Positions 27,362 through 37,108 of a stretch of 64,000 nucleotides of DNA are shown one piece after another. The stretch comes from a virus (taxonomy: Duplodnaviria; Caudoviricetes). The notes under the pieces were generated by a model that had not been told where the DNA came from, did no database searches, and saw only the letters and a list, made by a program, of their open reading frames with translations. The stretch lies in IMG/VR virus record IMGVR_UViG_3300036793_000172, positions 26,808 to 90,807 of that record. One strand, written 5' to 3'. Each line of letters begins with the position of its first letter. The first letter of the stretch is position 1. The translations under genes were made by a program, and so were the position numbers.

Positions 27362-29541
27362 GCGGTCTCCTCGTCCCATTCGGCCTTCCACTGCTCGTCG
27401 CGGGGCACGTGGACGTGACGGCGCATCCCGGCGTGCTTCGGACCGCCGAAGCGGCCGGTCGGCCGGTAGTCCTCCGGTCGCTTCTCCTCCGAGTTGTCCG
27501 GCGGCGTGAAGTGCTCGGCCGTCGCCTCACGGATCTGGCCGTAGGCGTAGCGGAAACCGGCGGTCTTGCGGGAGGCCGGTTTCGGCATGGTGGCGCGCTG
27601 CTCGTCGGACTCGGCCGGTCGCTGATCGCCGGGGTTCTGCCCTTGCGGCGGAGGCATGAGGATCACCTGTCCTTGTCCGGTCGCCTGGTCGGTCGGGGTA
27701 CCACCCTCGGTGTCCTGGTCGGTGTTGGCCAGGTCGTCCGGTGTCGGCGCGAGCGCGGGGTTGTCCGGCGGCACGGCACCGAGGGCCGGGATGGCCGCGT
27801 CCTGCCCGGCCATCTCCTCGCTCTGCGGCTTCATCGCCTTCGGCTGGAAGTCCTGCTTCAGGTCGTCCGGGATCGGCAGGTTCTGGTCCCGCAGCGCCAG
27901 GTAGGTCTCGCGGCGGGTCTCCTGCTCGGCGATCGCCAGCGCCACCTGCTCGGCCTTGCGGACTTCGAGCATGTCGTCGAAGTCGATGCCGGTGTTCTCC
28001 AGCCGGTTGTGGTACGGGACCGGCACGCCGCTCATGTTGAGCGATTCGAGGAACTGGCGCTCCATCTGCTCGTCGGCGAGGTTCATGGTGGCGAACTTCA
28101 GCTCCGGCACGAGTAGCTTCGGCTGCTCCACGATGCGCTGCTCGCCGGTCTCCTCGTCGACCTCCAGGACCTCTTCCATCTTCACGTATCGCTTGCCGCC
28201 GCGCTCCTCGTAGTCCCAGTGCTCCTGGGCCTCGGCCACAATGGACGCCCGGTCCTGGAAGAAGTCGGAGATCTGGCGCTGGTAGTGGGTCAGCAGTTGC
28301 GTGACGATGTCGCGGTTCAGGGCGTCGGCCGCGTACGTCTCGCCCTGGTCGGCTCCCTGGAGGACGGTGCGGGAAAGACCGAACACCTGGAGGATGCGGT
28401 CCTCGATGCGCTCGAAGTCGGCCGTCAGGTCGGGCATGTTCTCCCGCCCGAACACGGGCGCCATGTCGGTGGCGAAGTGCGAGGTGAGCACCCGGAAGTC
28501 ACCGGCCAGGGCCGCGTCCATCGACTCCTCGAAGTCCAGCAGATCGTCGGGCGTGGGGATCCACGGCGAGTCGGTGCCGAGATCACTTGCCGATGCGCCA
28601 AGCTTTACGAGGATCAGTGGCGTGTAGAGCCGGTCGGCGATCGCGTCGAGTGCCGAGTTGAGCATCTCCTCCTGAAGGATCGCGCGGAAGCCGCGCATCA
28701 GGATCGGCAGACCGCGCTTGTGGAACGTGTCGCCCTTGAACTTGATCTGCTTCAGCAGCATGTTCGAGACCGGCATGAGGGCGTCCTCGCCCGCGTACGC
28801 GGTCAGCTCGGGGTAGTTCTGGACGAGCGCGTTGTACTCCCACACCGGCTGGCGGTCCTGGAGGACCTTGCGCAGCGTCTCGGGCAGGCGGATGAGGAAG
28901 CGCGGGTCCTTGAGGAACGGCGACTTCTCCACGTTCACGTCGTCGGGGTTGAGCAGTTCGTCGTCTTCCCAGACGCCAAGGGTTTCGTTGAACGAGCCGA
29001 GCGGCCACGCCTCGCCGGTGATCCAGTACTCACGGCCGACGTCGATCAGGTAGTTGCGGTAGTCGAGCTGATCGAAGAACAGGTCCTCGTAGAAGCCCTT
29101 GATCTGGTCGTCCTTGCAGTCGACCTCGATGCCCTGCAAGGGGAACTTCGTGAAGATGTCGATGCACGCCGCGACGATCGGGTGCGTCAGGTACAGCAGG
29201 CGGCAGAACTGCCTGATCTTCCTGAGTTCGTCCTCTTTGGTCACGTCGAACGGCAGGTTGTTCTGCCGCCAGTAGAACATCGGGTCGCGAGGGCGGCCGG
29301 TCGCGAACGACACGTTGGCCGTCTGCGTCCCGGTCGCACCCGAGCCTGCCGCCGTGCGGCGCATCCCGAGGCGCTGCTTGCGCATGCGCGTCATGACCTC
29401 GGCGCTGTTGTCCTTCGCCGCGTTGCCGATGTTCGGCAAGGACACGCCGGTCTTCGGCATCCTCCTCGCCTCGGACACCGACTGGTTCAGGATCAGTCCA
29501 CCGGCGCGACGCCTGCGGTCGTTGACCTCGAAATCCGCCAC
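27358..29541 (-). CDS. Portal protein
   Basis: 727 aa; HPIVAACIDIFTKFP, EAWPLG, RGLPILMR, RILQVFGL; upstream of the protease/scaffold/MCP block. Confidence 0.85.
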   Translation of the reverse strand: MADFEVNDRRRRAGGLILNQSVSEARRMPKTGVSLPNIGNAAKDNSAEVMTRMRKQRLGMRRTAAGSGATGTQTANVSFATGRPRDPMFYWRQNNLPFDVTKEDELRKIRQFCRLLYLTHPIVAACIDIFTKFPLQGIEVDCKDDQIKGFYEDLFFDQLDYRNYLIDVGREYWITGEAWPLGSFNETLGVWEDDELLNPDDVNVEKSPFLKDPRFLIRLPETLRKVLQDRQPVWEYNALVQNYPELTAYAGEDALMPVSNMLLKQIKFKGDTFHKRGLPILMRGFRAILQEEMLNSALDAIADRLYTPLILVKLGASASDLGTDSPWIPTPDDLLDFEESMDAALAGDFRVLTSHFATDMAPVFGRENMPDLTADFERIEDRILQVFGLSRTVLQGADQGETYAADALNRDIVTQLLTHYQRQISDFFQDRASIVAEAQEHWDYEERGGKRYVKMEEVLEVDEETGEQRIVEQPKLLVPELKFATMNLADEQMERQFLESLNMSGVPVPYHNRLENTGIDFDDMLEVRKAEQVALAIAEQETRRETYLALRDQNLPIPDDLKQDFQPKAMKPQSEEMAGQDAAIPALGAVPPDNPALAPTPDDLANTDQDTEGGTPTDQATGQGQVILMPPPQGQNPGDQRPAESDEQRATMPKPASRKTAGFRYAYGQIREATAEHFTPPDNSEEKRPEDYRPTGRFGGPKHAGMRRHVHVPRDEQWKAEWDEETA

Positions 29542-29553
29542 GCCTACTCCCTA

Positions 29554-29736
29554 TTACTCTGTGGCGGGCTCTTCCGCCACCGTTTCGTCGTCGGCCTTCT
29601 TCAGCACTCCCCAGGAGATGAGCTTATCGACGTGGGTCTGATCCCTGGGTGTTTCGTAAGGGATTTCGACCTGCGAGCCGATCTCGTGCCTGCCTTCGGG
29701 GGAAATCCAGTTGTCCGTCACAATAAATTGCGCCAT
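29554..29736 (-). CDS. Hypothetical protein
   Basis: 60 aa, coupled to upstream stop. Confidence 0.65.
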   Translation of the reverse strand: MAQFIVTDNWISPEGRHEIGSQVEIPYETPRDQTHVDKLISWGVLKKADDETVAEEPATE

Positions 29737-31622
29737 CAGAATCCATTCTCCTCGCGGATCTTCGTCAGGACTGCCTGCGGGTCGCTGGCGTGGGCAAGCG
29801 CGAGATGGCGCACGTACCGGTCCTCGTCGAGCATCGCGCCGGAAACCGTGCGGTACAACAAGGATTTCTTCGCGAACGGGTTGCCGTCGTCGGAGTCGTC
29901 GCCGCCGTCATCCTCGTCGGGTGGGGCCTGCCCTGGCGGCTGCTCCTGGTCGTCCGGAACCCCGTCACCATCCTGATCGGCATTCGGGTCAACCGGTTGC
30001 CCAGCGGCCGGATCACCCGGATCCTGACCAGGCCACTGTGGACCCATACCCGGCACCTGCACCGGCATACCATTAATGGTTTGCGGGAAGGCAGGGTATT
30101 GCGGCTGAACCTGCACGGTGAAGCAGGCCGAGCAGAATTGGCATTCGATCGTGCCGTCATTGCGCGCCAGCACCTGACCGGATCCGCAGAAGGGGCAGTG
30201 GAACACCACTTCGGCGTCGCCGGAGTCGTGCGCCATGATCACGATGCGCGGCATGCCCTGGGCGATGGCGCGGGCCACCTTGGAGTGTCCGGCGCCGCTC
30301 CAGCCAACCCGGAGGGCGATGCGCTCGTTGTTGCCCAATGTGGAGTGCAGTCCGTCCACATAGCCCTGGTAGAAGTGCTCCGGGTGCGGCGAGCTGTCGT
30401 GGGCACTGTCCATCTCGGACAAGTCCGCGTTGTCAATGTCGGTCGCGTGCTTCTCCCCGAGCAAATGCCCGTGGTGCCACTCCTGCTCTTCCGGCGGCAG
30501 GTCGTCAAAGGACTGACCCCGGGAGTGCTTGATCCAGTCCTGGGAGGTGAGCTTGCGCTCGACCCCGGCGCCGGAGTGCTCTCCCCGGCCGAAGTAAGCG
30601 TCGTGCTCTTCCTGGCCACCGACGATGCCCGGCTGCTCGAACCGGCGCTGCTGTGCGTCCTGGGCGCGGCGGAACTCGTCCCAGTCGGCCGCATAGTGCG
30701 GGTTGTAGGTGGTGGTGTTCGCGCTGGTGGTGCCGTTCGTGGTGGTGGTGATGTACGTCGGGCAGTACGTGTGGATGTCCGGGGCGTACCACCGTCCGGC
30801 GTTCCAGTGGCCGTTGGCGCTGGCCGTGTGCCGGTACTGGCCGAGGTCGTGCGCCATCTCGTGCATGTGCTGCGGAAGGATGCCGATCTTCTGGTCGCCG
30901 AACTCGCCGTTCAGGTGCAGGAACGCGTTCTGCCCCCGGGTCTCGCTGGTCATCGCCGGGCGCGCGTGCGGGGAGAACATCTTCGAGTGCGCCGCGAAGG
31001 CCGCCTCCTCGCCGTGGGCGTCGAAGCCACGGCCGGTGGCAGCGTGGCCGAACGCGTCGTGCACCGCGCGGAACTTGTCGTTGTCGTCGTCGGAGAAGAA
31101 CGGGTGGCTGCCGGTGCTAGCGGTCTTCAGCACCTTGATGCGCTTGTTGTCGCGCAGATCCGACACCATCTCGTGGACGTTCTTGTACGGGTCGTAGTCC
31201 ACCGGGTGGACCTTGATTCCCATGCGGTTCGTCAAGTGATCGTACTGCTGGTTGACTTCGTCGCCCATGCGGTGGAAAGCAGGCACGGCCTTGTCATCCC
31301 AGTCGGGCAGCTTCTGGTACGCCCGGCCGATCGTCTTCAGGTCGTGGGCGTTGGTGCGCACGTCGGCGTAGCTGTGGTCGTGCGGGTCGCCCAGGCCGAC
31401 GTTGCGGTTGTAGGCGCGGGCACCCTCGATGATGTTGTGCACGCCCTCGAAGGGCGCGTTGTGCACGTGGTGGTCCTCGCGCCCGACAGCCTCGGCACGT
31501 TCGTCCTGAATGTGCTGGGGAAGGATGAGCGCACCGTGGTGCACGGGCAGACGGCGGCCGTTCGAGGTGTGGTACACCCCGAACTTCTGCTTCTGCCACA
31601 ACTCGTGCGGGTGGTTCTCCAC
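29736..31622 (-). CDS. Multidomain head-region protein with zincin-like domain and Zn-ribbon
   Basis: FRAVHDAFGH...GEEAA...ETRGQN; CPFCGS...CQFC. Confidence 0.8.
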   Translation of the reverse strand: MENHPHELWQKQKFGVYHTSNGRRLPVHHGALILPQHIQDERAEAVGREDHHVHNAPFEGVHNIIEGARAYNRNVGLGDPHDHSYADVRTNAHDLKTIGRAYQKLPDWDDKAVPAFHRMGDEVNQQYDHLTNRMGIKVHPVDYDPYKNVHEMVSDLRDNKRIKVLKTASTGSHPFFSDDDNDKFRAVHDAFGHAATGRGFDAHGEEAAFAAHSKMFSPHARPAMTSETRGQNAFLHLNGEFGDQKIGILPQHMHEMAHDLGQYRHTASANGHWNAGRWYAPDIHTYCPTYITTTTNGTTSANTTTYNPHYAADWDEFRRAQDAQQRRFEQPGIVGGQEEHDAYFGRGEHSGAGVERKLTSQDWIKHSRGQSFDDLPPEEQEWHHGHLLGEKHATDIDNADLSEMDSAHDSSPHPEHFYQGYVDGLHSTLGNNERIALRVGWSGAGHSKVARAIAQGMPRIVIMAHDSGDAEVVFHCPFCGSGQVLARNDGTIECQFCSACFTVQVQPQYPAFPQTINGMPVQVPGMGPQWPGQDPGDPAAGQPVDPNADQDGDGVPDDQEQPPGQAPPDEDDGGDDSDDGNPFAKKSLLYRTVSGAMLDEDRYVRHLALAHASDPQAVLTKIREENGF

Positions 31623-31678
31623 TTGCTACTCTCCCAGCGGCTCGGTCATCGCCATTTCACGGTGGTGGTGATCTTCCC

Positions 31679-31719
31679 GGCCGTCCCCGGAAGATGTCGT
31701 CCAGCTTCCCGGGACGGCC
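31679..31719. terminator. Intergenic hairpin
   Basis: GGCCGTCCCCGGAAG / CTTCCCGGGACGGCC, near-perfect 15-bp stem. Confidence 0.55.
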
Positions 31720-31723
31720 ACCC

Positions 31724-32224
31724 TTATTCCTCGTCCTCCGGCCCGTACACGTCGTGCAGGAGCACGCGTGAGGCCAGCGTCACCAGCTCACTCGCCTCGT
31801 CCTCATCGAGCTGACCGAGCACCTCGCGCAGGGACGACTCCTGGCGGATGCGTTCCTCCACGAAGGACTGGGCCTCTTCGGCGATCGCCTGGAAGTTGGC
31901 GGTGTAGCCCGAACTGGCCAGCATGGTCAGCACGCCCAGGCTGCCGTCGGTGTCGTAGGCCTGGCGGGCGCTCGTGTGCGGGACGGGCCCGACTTCGAGT
32001 GAGTCCTCCAAGCCGTCCTGGACAGCCGCGTATTTCTTGCTTGCTGGCAAGACTTCCGCGCCCAGACTCTGGATCGTCACCTCACCTCGGCGACTGCCGT
32101 CCAGCCACTGCACGTGCCCGGTGTTGGTGCTCGCGAAGGCGAGCAGGCGGCCGTGATCGCCGAGGGAAAGGCCCTGATGGCCGCCGCCGACGTAACTCAC
32201 GGCCTGGCCCTCGTAGAAATTCAC
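31724..32224 (-). CDS. Hypothetical protein
   Basis: GTG start after GGAGG, overlapping upstream stop; 166 aa. Confidence 0.7.
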   Translation of the reverse strand: MNFYEGQAVSYVGGGHQGLSLGDHGRLLAFASTNTGHVQWLDGSRRGEVTIQSLGAEVLPASKKYAAVQDGLEDSLEVGPVPHTSARQAYDTDGSLGVLTMLASSGYTANFQAIAEEAQSFVEERIRQESSLREVLGQLDEDEASELVTLASRVLLHDVYGPEDEE

Positions 32225-33051
32225 TATGCCTCCGGGTACCTGCGCACGGTGTTCCGGGCCAGGGCCACGACTTCGCGTGGTGTGAGGCCCGGATTCTGCT
32301 GAGCCACCGAGGTGGCCACACTGACAAGACGACCGGCCCGGGTGGTGCGGCTGGCCGACTTGTAGCTGCGCTTGTTCGGCCTGAAGCCGGTGGGCGGGTG
32401 GTACGGGTCGATCTCCGGGTGCCGGTCGATGTCGGCCAGTGGGCCGCAGCTCGGGCAGTTCCACCAGCCGTTGCCGTTGGCCGCCACTACCAGGTTGGTG
32501 TCCTGGGTGCGGCACCGGAAGTTCGGGCAGGCGGCTCCGCGCAGCACGAGCGGGTTCGAGGCCTGCTTACTGCCGATGAACGGGACCTTCGTCTGCGTGG
32601 ACGGGTAGTTGTGCCGCGCCACGGCGGGCGGGTCCACGTCGGTAGTGGGCGTCATGAAGCCGGTGCCGCCGCACTCGCGGCACTTGGTCTTGTCCTGAAG
32701 GTCGTAACCGGAACCGTGGCACACGGGGCAACGCTTCGGGCCCATGTGCGGGTCGTCGGAGTTCGCCATCGGATTCACGCCCGGCATCGGTCCCTTGTAG
32801 ACATCCCACCCGGGGATCTCCGAGCCGACGGGGCCGGGGTCGGTGTACGCCTGCTTCGTCATGAAGTCGACGAACTCCGGCTCAGGCTGGGCCAGCGCGG
32901 CGGACACCTGGAAGATGCGCTGCTGCTGGGCCTTGTCGCCCGGGTCGAACAGGTCGATGTCCTGGGATCCGCAGTCGCAGCGGAGACCGGCGGTTACCCT
33001 CTCGACCGCGCCGTGTCCGGCGCAGGACCAGCAGAAGAGGTCGGTCGTCAT
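32224..33051 (-). CDS. Multi-Zn-finger protein
   Basis: CWSC, CDC, DnaJ-like CPVCHGSG/CRECGGTG, CPNFRC/CPSC. Confidence 0.75.
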   Translation of the reverse strand: MTTDLFCWSCAGHGAVERVTAGLRCDCGSQDIDLFDPGDKAQQQRIFQVSAALAQPEPEFVDFMTKQAYTDPGPVGSEIPGWDVYKGPMPGVNPMANSDDPHMGPKRCPVCHGSGYDLQDKTKCRECGGTGFMTPTTDVDPPAVARHNYPSTQTKVPFIGSKQASNPLVLRGAACPNFRCRTQDTNLVVAANGNGWWNCPSCGPLADIDRHPEIDPYHPPTGFRPNKRSYKSASRTTRAGRLVSVATSVAQQNPGLTPREVVALARNTVRRYPEA

Positions 33052-35021
33052 CAGTCTTCGTCCTCCTCATCCTGCTGCTGTGGGCGGAGACCGCCACCGT
33101 CGGAAGTGGTTTGCCGGATCGGCTCTTGCGCCCGTTGCGGCGTGTTCACGTTGCGGTCTTCCATGCGCTGGCGGGGCGCCTGGTTGATCTGGCCCTCCCA
33201 CGTGCGCTCGTTGAACTCGTCGCCGACGCCGGTCGGGTTGAACATGTCGGGCCGGTCGCGGGTCTGCTCGGCGACCCGGTACACGCCCTGGAACGGGTTC
33301 GGCGCTGCCATGCCCGCACCCATCCCCGCTCCTGCGCCTCCGCCACCGGCGGGGCTGTTCGGGAAGGGGCTCGACGACACCGACGGGTTGGGGATCGTCA
33401 TCGGCTGCATGGGCGGCATGGCTTCCGCGCCGGGGCCGCCCTGCTGCATCGACGGCGGGGGAGTCGGCGTGCTGCTGCCGCCGGTCGAGTCGCCCGGGTT
33501 CGGACCCGTATCCGTCGAGGATGCGTCCGCGTAATGGGCGGCTGCCTCACGGTCGCCGAACGACGAGTGCTTCGACATCTCCATCGCGCGGAAGGACGCC
33601 TTCGCCTTTTCCTCGGAGTCGTGGTGCGAAAGGACCTTGCCGGTGCCCTTCTGCGTGACCACCCAGCCCTCGCCGTCGGGATTCGGCTTCACGTACTGAT
33701 AGTCGGCCGTCTTGGCCGCGTAGTAGCCGGGCCCGAAGGGGTTGGTCGTCTGGCGCTTCGGCTTGGCCGAGCCAGGAGGGGCCGGTGCGGGTGCGCGGCG
33801 CAAGTTCTCCGGCGCGATGTAGGTGTGACCCACCTCGGAGTCCCGGTGCTTCACGCCCACCCAGATGTCGCCATTCGCGTCGTCACCGGGCTCGGTGACG
33901 TGATCGACCTTGCCGACATACCCGGCGGGCACGTCAATGCCCATGTCCGGGTCATGGTGGTCGTGGAGAACCTTGACGTATTCGCCCTTCTGCAAGGGCT
34001 TGCGCGCACCGGAGTAGTGCAGCCGCTGCATCCGCTCCTGCACCCACGGGTGGTCGCCCGGCAGGCGCGGATGGTGGTCCTGGTCTCCTTCGAGGTGCTT
34101 CCACTCGTTCCCGTGCCGGTACACGGGCCGGTTGCAGTCGTAGCAGGCGCCGACGTTCGACCGCTTCCGGTCGGCCACCTCGTTGGGGTCGGGGGTGGTG
34201 ACGTAGCCGCCGCGCGCTTCCTTGGTGTTCAGGCCGTTCTCGTTCGAGTACGAATGCCCGTCGCCCTCGGTGCCGGTCGACTGCACCGGCGGCACCGCGC
34301 CGAAGTAGTCGACGCGCTCGTTCGCCTCGGGCAGGGAGACATCCGCCGGGAAGCCCGCCTGCTGGTCTCCAGCGGCGCCTTCCTCACCCCCGGCGAAGTA
34401 GAAAGGGTTCGGACCGGTTCCGGTCTGCACTCCTTCGTCCTCGTAGCCGACGGCGGCGCTCTTGGTGTTGCCCGGGTTCTGGTACGGGCCGAAGTTCATC
34501 GGCCGGTTCACCCAGAAGTCGGGCTGCTCCTGCCACTGCGACGGCTGCATGGGGAACTCGCCCTGCATCGGGTTCACCGGGTCGCCGCCGGTCGGGTGCT
34601 GCGGGTAGGTGCCCGTCTGGCCCGTCTCCGGCCCCTGCTCCTGCTCACCGCTCGGGTAGTAGGGATTGCCGGGTGTCTCGTCGGCCGCCGACTGGACGGT
34701 GATCCACTGGCCCGAGGCCTCGTGGAAGAACTGCATCGGCTCGGCGGCGGCTTCGGCTGCCTCGGCCGCAGCGCGGGCTTCGGCGTAGATCCCGTAGTCC
34801 TCACGGAAGGACGAGACGACTTCGTCACGCAGGATCTCGTGGGCGACCCGGGCCTCGATCTGGTCCATGGTCAACGCGAGACGGTGTTCGAACTCCCGCT
34901 CGGTCTGCGCCAGGGCGAGGAACGGCCAGAGGTTCGCCGTGGCCATCTTGGCGACGCCGAGGTCCAGCGCGTGGTGCTCCTCCTCGGCGTCCCGCGAGGC
35001 TTCCAGCCAGAGACTTGTCAT
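33051..35021 (-). CDS. Modular Pro/Gly-rich head-region protein
   Basis: 656 aa; CYDC motif, SH3-like segment, small WVVTQKGTGKVLSHH domain. Confidence 0.75.
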   Translation of the reverse strand: MTSLWLEASRDAEEEHHALDLGVAKMATANLWPFLALAQTEREFEHRLALTMDQIEARVAHEILRDEVVSSFREDYGIYAEARAAAEAAEAAAEPMQFFHEASGQWITVQSAADETPGNPYYPSGEQEQGPETGQTGTYPQHPTGGDPVNPMQGEFPMQPSQWQEQPDFWVNRPMNFGPYQNPGNTKSAAVGYEDEGVQTGTGPNPFYFAGGEEGAAGDQQAGFPADVSLPEANERVDYFGAVPPVQSTGTEGDGHSYSNENGLNTKEARGGYVTTPDPNEVADRKRSNVGACYDCNRPVYRHGNEWKHLEGDQDHHPRLPGDHPWVQERMQRLHYSGARKPLQKGEYVKVLHDHHDPDMGIDVPAGYVGKVDHVTEPGDDANGDIWVGVKHRDSEVGHTYIAPENLRRAPAPAPPGSAKPKRQTTNPFGPGYYAAKTADYQYVKPNPDGEGWVVTQKGTGKVLSHHDSEEKAKASFRAMEMSKHSSFGDREAAAHYADASSTDTGPNPGDSTGGSSTPTPPPSMQQGGPGAEAMPPMQPMTIPNPSVSSSPFPNSPAGGGGAGAGMGAGMAAPNPFQGVYRVAEQTRDRPDMFNPTGVGDEFNERTWEGQINQAPRQRMEDRNVNTPQRAQEPIRQTTSDGGGLRPQQQDEEDED

Positions 35022-35036
35022 TGCGTCCTTCTTCGC

Positions 35037-35351
35037 TTACGGGTTGCGGAGGGTGGTCTTGTCCTCGTCCGGGCCCTCGACGTGGGGTACCGGCTGACGA
35101 CGGTGGTCGGATCGGTCCTGCGGGTCCTTCCACAGCGGGTCGGACGTGACCGGGTCTCCGAAGGGCTCAGAGCCGTTGTAAGGCGCTGGGCCGCCGGGGG
35201 TGGCTGGATCCATGCCATCGGTGCTGGGGGGCAGCGCAGGAGGCGTTGGGCGGCCATCAGGGCTGCCGTCGGCCATGTTGGTCGTGTCCATCGACATGTC
35301 CGACGACAGGCTGCCCTCGGCGAGGACCTTGAACGCAGCGCGGAAGTCCAT
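35037..35351 (-). CDS. Hypothetical Pro-rich protein
   Basis: MDFRAAFKV start after AAGGAGG; 104 aa. Confidence 0.65.
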   Translation of the reverse strand: MDFRAAFKVLAEGSLSSDMSMDTTNMADGSPDGRPTPPALPPSTDGMDPATPGGPAPYNGSEPFGDPVTSDPLWKDPQDRSDHRRQPVPHVEGPDEDKTTLRNP

Positions 35352-35377
35352 CAGGCCCTCCTTTCCCCGACAGTCCC

Positions 35378-36793
35378 TCAGCGACCCTGGGTGCGCAGGA
35401 ACGCCTGGCGCTGGGCGATGAACTGCTGCGCCTTCGCGATCTCCGGGTCCACGGCCGACTGCTTGCCGTTCACTGGCGGGTTCGGGAACGCCGGTCCCGC
35501 CGGTGCCTGGGTGCTCTGCTGACGGCCACCCATGTCCATCTGCGCGGGCTGGCCCGGCTGCCACTGGCTCGGGTTGTTGGTCTCGTCGTCGGCTTCCATC
35601 GCGCCGTACGGCTTCACCGCGCGGTCGCCCTGGTCGCCGCCGTAGCCGTAGACCGGGTCAGGCTGGCCCAAGTTCGAGGAGGGCGCGTTGCCGCCGTCCT
35701 GCTGTCCCGGGCCGTAGCCACCGGCGCCCATATCACCGGCCCAGCCGGAGTCGTCGTAACCGGCCATCACGCGGCGGTAGGCGGCCTCGGCGGCGGCCTT
35801 GCGCTGCGACGCCTGCGACGCGAGCGGGCTCTTCGCGTTGCGCTCCTGCACCTGCTGCTCGGTCTCGTTGATCGCCTGCGGGATCAGCTTGGGGTCCATC
35901 ACCCACGGGAACGCGACCTCAGCCGGAAGAGGTGTCGGCGCGATCTTGGTGTCGGAAGGGTCGACCACCTGCTGGATCTCCGGCAGGCCCGAGTACGCCT
36001 GCTTCGGGAGCTGCGGGGCCTGACGCACGGCCACCCGACCGTGGCCCCCGCAAGTCGGGCACTGTGCGTGCTGCATGGACGCCGATCCTTTCTTCTGGTT
36101 CGCGTCGCCGTTGTCGGCGTCGGCGGTGGAGTTGGTCACGCCGAGACCCGGGTCGTTCTCCGGCGTCACGTCAGAAGCACCCGACGACGGCGCGCCATCC
36201 AGCTCTTGCAGCTGTGGTGCGCGCTCGGAGGTCGTGGCGGTTTCGGGGAGGGCGTTCTCGTAGTTGCCGGTGGGGAACACGTCGAACGTGCCGCCCCCGG
36301 CTTCCGGCAGGGCGTCGGCGACCTTGATGGTGCCGGACTTCACCTCACGGGCGTGCAGAGCGGCCACGTGGGAGAAGAACAGGTCCTCGGCGACATCGGC
36401 GTCCTCGCCGAACTTGCCGGAGATCTTGCGGGCGACACCCTTGGCCTGCTCGGTGAACTCGGCCGGGTGTTCCTTGACGAGTGACGCGGTTTTCCCGTAC
36501 CAGAGGGAAGCCTGGGCGAGGATCTCGTGCTCGTTGGCGCGCAGGTCCGTGCCGGTGTCGATGTCGCCAAGCCAGTCGGTGGCGGCGGTGTGGTGCTCGT
36601 GCACCCGGACCGGGACAAGGTGATCACGCACGACGGCATCGGCAAGGTCGAGTTCGTTGGCCGCTGCCGCCGTGCGGACGTTCGCCGCGCGGATCGCGCT
36701 GGCTTCGTTCACCAGACGTGTCGCCTCGGCCAGGGACACGCCAGGCTTTGCCGCCTCGGCCATGAGCCGGTGGGCATCGTGGGATGTGGGCAT
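35378..36793 (-). CDS. First gene of the virion block, head-region protein
   Basis: MPTSHDAH start after AGGAG; CPTCGG; low-complexity C-terminus. Confidence 0.75.
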   Translation of the reverse strand: MPTSHDAHRLMAEAAKPGVSLAEATRLVNEASAIRAANVRTAAAANELDLADAVVRDHLVPVRVHEHHTAATDWLGDIDTGTDLRANEHEILAQASLWYGKTASLVKEHPAEFTEQAKGVARKISGKFGEDADVAEDLFFSHVAALHAREVKSGTIKVADALPEAGGGTFDVFPTGNYENALPETATTSERAPQLQELDGAPSSGASDVTPENDPGLGVTNSTADADNGDANQKKGSASMQHAQCPTCGGHGRVAVRQAPQLPKQAYSGLPEIQQVVDPSDTKIAPTPLPAEVAFPWVMDPKLIPQAINETEQQVQERNAKSPLASQASQRKAAAEAAYRRVMAGYDDSGWAGDMGAGGYGPGQQDGGNAPSSNLGQPDPVYGYGGDQGDRAVKPYGAMEADDETNNPSQWQPGQPAQMDMGGRQQSTQAPAGPAFPNPPVNGKQSAVDPEIAKAQQFIAQRQAFLRTQGR

Positions 36794-36818
36794 CGCTGCG
36801 GTCTCCTGAACTGTTGGC

Positions 36819-36846
36819 GTCCGCTCTCTATCCCTTCGGAGCGGAC
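36819..36846 (-). promoter_or_regulatory. Candidate late-promoter motif inside an 8-bp hairpin
   Basis: GTCCGCTC / GAGCGGAC stem with GAAGGGATAGAG across the loop, at the accessory/virion boundary. Confidence 0.45.
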
Positions 36847-36865
36847 CTGCAACAGCCAACAGGAA

Positions 36866-37108
36866 CTAGCGAGAACCGGTCCTGTCGTGCAGACGTAATG
36901 CCATTTCGTGAATGCGTTTCTCTGCGTCATTCTGAGAATGCGATTTATCGTCATTCCACAGAGGATTGGGCCAGTCGATGTACTCGTCGAGGTCGTCGGA
37001 GAACCCCGTGCAGAGACGATGCGGCCCGGCGGGCCGATCGCAGATGATCTCGGCCTCGCAGGGCTTCCCGTTGCCGCAGCGCTTCAGCGCATCCATGCCA
37101 TCGATCAC
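36866..37108 (-). CDS. Hypothetical Cys-containing protein
   Basis: GTGA overlap with upstream stop. Confidence 0.6.
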   Translation of the reverse strand: MIDGMDALKRCGNGKPCEAEIICDRPAGPHRLCTGFSDDLDEYIDWPNPLWNDDKSHSQNDAEKRIHEMALRLHDRTGSR

